Shown in pieces: positions 63,225 through 64,000 of a stretch of DNA of 64,000 bases. Both the position numbers and the translations under genes were made by a program. Within the stretch, counting starts at the first letter, position 1; the number at the start of each line of letters is the position of its first letter. The notes beneath the pieces are model-generated. The model had not been told where the DNA came from. It searched no databases and saw only the letters and a program-made list of their open reading frames with translations. This stretch comes from Sminthopsis crassicaudata (taxonomy: Eukaryota): positions 488,292,958 to 488,356,957 of the forward strand of contig NC_133617.1 in assembly GCF_048593235.1 (NCBI RefSeq), in the 5' to 3' direction.

Positions 63225-63609
63225 TGTAAGGGTTAAAAAGCCTCCAGAAGCAAGGAATTCAGTTCAAGGCACATGGGAGGACCTGAGGGATGAGAGGTTC
63301 CAAGGCTCAAGCCAGTCCTACATGGAGGTGGGACACAGACCCATGAGGTGGTGTCTGATTCCAGGTACCACGCCTCCCTCCTTAGTGCTCTCAAAGCCTA
63401 GCATGTTTCCCTCCTTCTTCTTGGGCCAATCCCATTATGCCAGGTTCCTAGAGGACCCCCTTTTCCCCCCATATCATCAGGGGGGGTATAAATATGTGCT
63501 TTCTAAGAATAAAGTTCTCTTTCTCTTCACCTCTACCCCCTGTCTCTGTGAGATCTGGGTTGGTCCCCGAAGACGGGTAAGTATGGCCTAGCCGTGCGGT
63601 CGACGGACA
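63225..63609 (+). mobile_element. Solo LTR (385 bp) nested antisense in the ERV pol/env junction
   Basis: TGTAAG...GGACA termini, CCAAT at 63426, TATAAA at 63487, AATAAA at 63508. Only GGC is shared on both flanks. Confidence 0.8.
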
Positions 63610-64000
63610 GGCATTAAGAGTAGCTCTAAGGGGAGCTACCAGGTTAGAGTAGTCCATAGGGGTGTAAGAAGGGCCATGTCTTGTACTTTTTTGCACAGGC
63701 CCTTGTACCATGTGGATGTTCCTCTCCAGGATCCAAATTGGTTTCTTTTCCTTTGGTCCTTCTGCATCTGGAAGTATATAAGCAAAACTTTGACCCCATG
63801 TTAACAATTTATGTGACCTATTCATTGCCTTCCTTCCACATCCTAAGGACTTTCTGTTAGAACAGACTGTTTTGTGTTCATCAAAGAAATGTTCCTCTGA
63901 GGAAAGGCCTTGATCATTGTGTCAAAAAATTAAGGACATATATATAACTTTGGCCAGCCTCATATGTGGCTTATTTCCATATTCTCATTCTCTTTGTTTT
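63610..64000 (-). pseudogene. pol: Betaretrovirus-like pol, integrase C-terminal region (continues beyond the window)
   Basis: LAKVIY.VLNFL..DQGLSSEEHF (compare LNFL.MD..G.TAAERH) and LLTWGQSFAYILP..PIWILER (compare LITWGRGYACVFP..PIWVPDR), with frameshifts. Confidence 0.8.

Noticed and set aside
58300-64000. SEPHS2 retrogene expected upstream of DCTPP1 by human synteny
   Set aside because: No selenophosphate synthetase-like sequence or SECIS was seen. This interval is L1 and ERV, and the gene may lie beyond the window.

Overview
Mammalian genomic DNA, almost certainly marsupial: it carries WSINE1-like and MAR1-like SINEs, RTE relics and marsupial-type L1 3' ends. A dasyurid is my best guess. 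The window is syntenic with human 16p11.2 and holds three intact protein-coding genes whose exons I reconstructed from splice signals. ZNF48 (+) is CDS join 15882..15960,16627..18428, 626 aa, 12 C2H2 fingers. ZNF771 (+) is CDS join 29494..29649,48952..49773, 325 aa, 8 C2H2 fingers, with a 19.3-kb intron. DCTPP1 (-) is CDS join 57748..57657,55746..55636,53346..53028, 173 aa. Each has a CpG-island promoter and a poly(A) signal. The rest is mostly transposable elements: young 5'-truncated L1s with perfect TSDs, about 10 WSINE1-like copies, MIR/MAR1, L2, L3, RTE relics and many solo LTRs with recognisable termini and TSDs. The most notable non-genic items are: (i) the 3' part of a decayed class II (betaretrovirus-like) provirus at 60936..64000 on the minus strand, with integrase C-terminus, a beta-type env (CX7C, no ISD), PPT and 3' LTR, and two SINEs and a second LTR nested in it; (ii) a motif-rich orphan promoter at about 20 kb; (iii) an LTR family with five copies, one of which looks like a polyadenylated U3-R retrocopy; (iv) Gln in place of the substrate-binding His38 in DCTPP1. 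I see no evidence of a wholly new multi-gene system. Repeat and gene names come from recognition by eye, not database searches.
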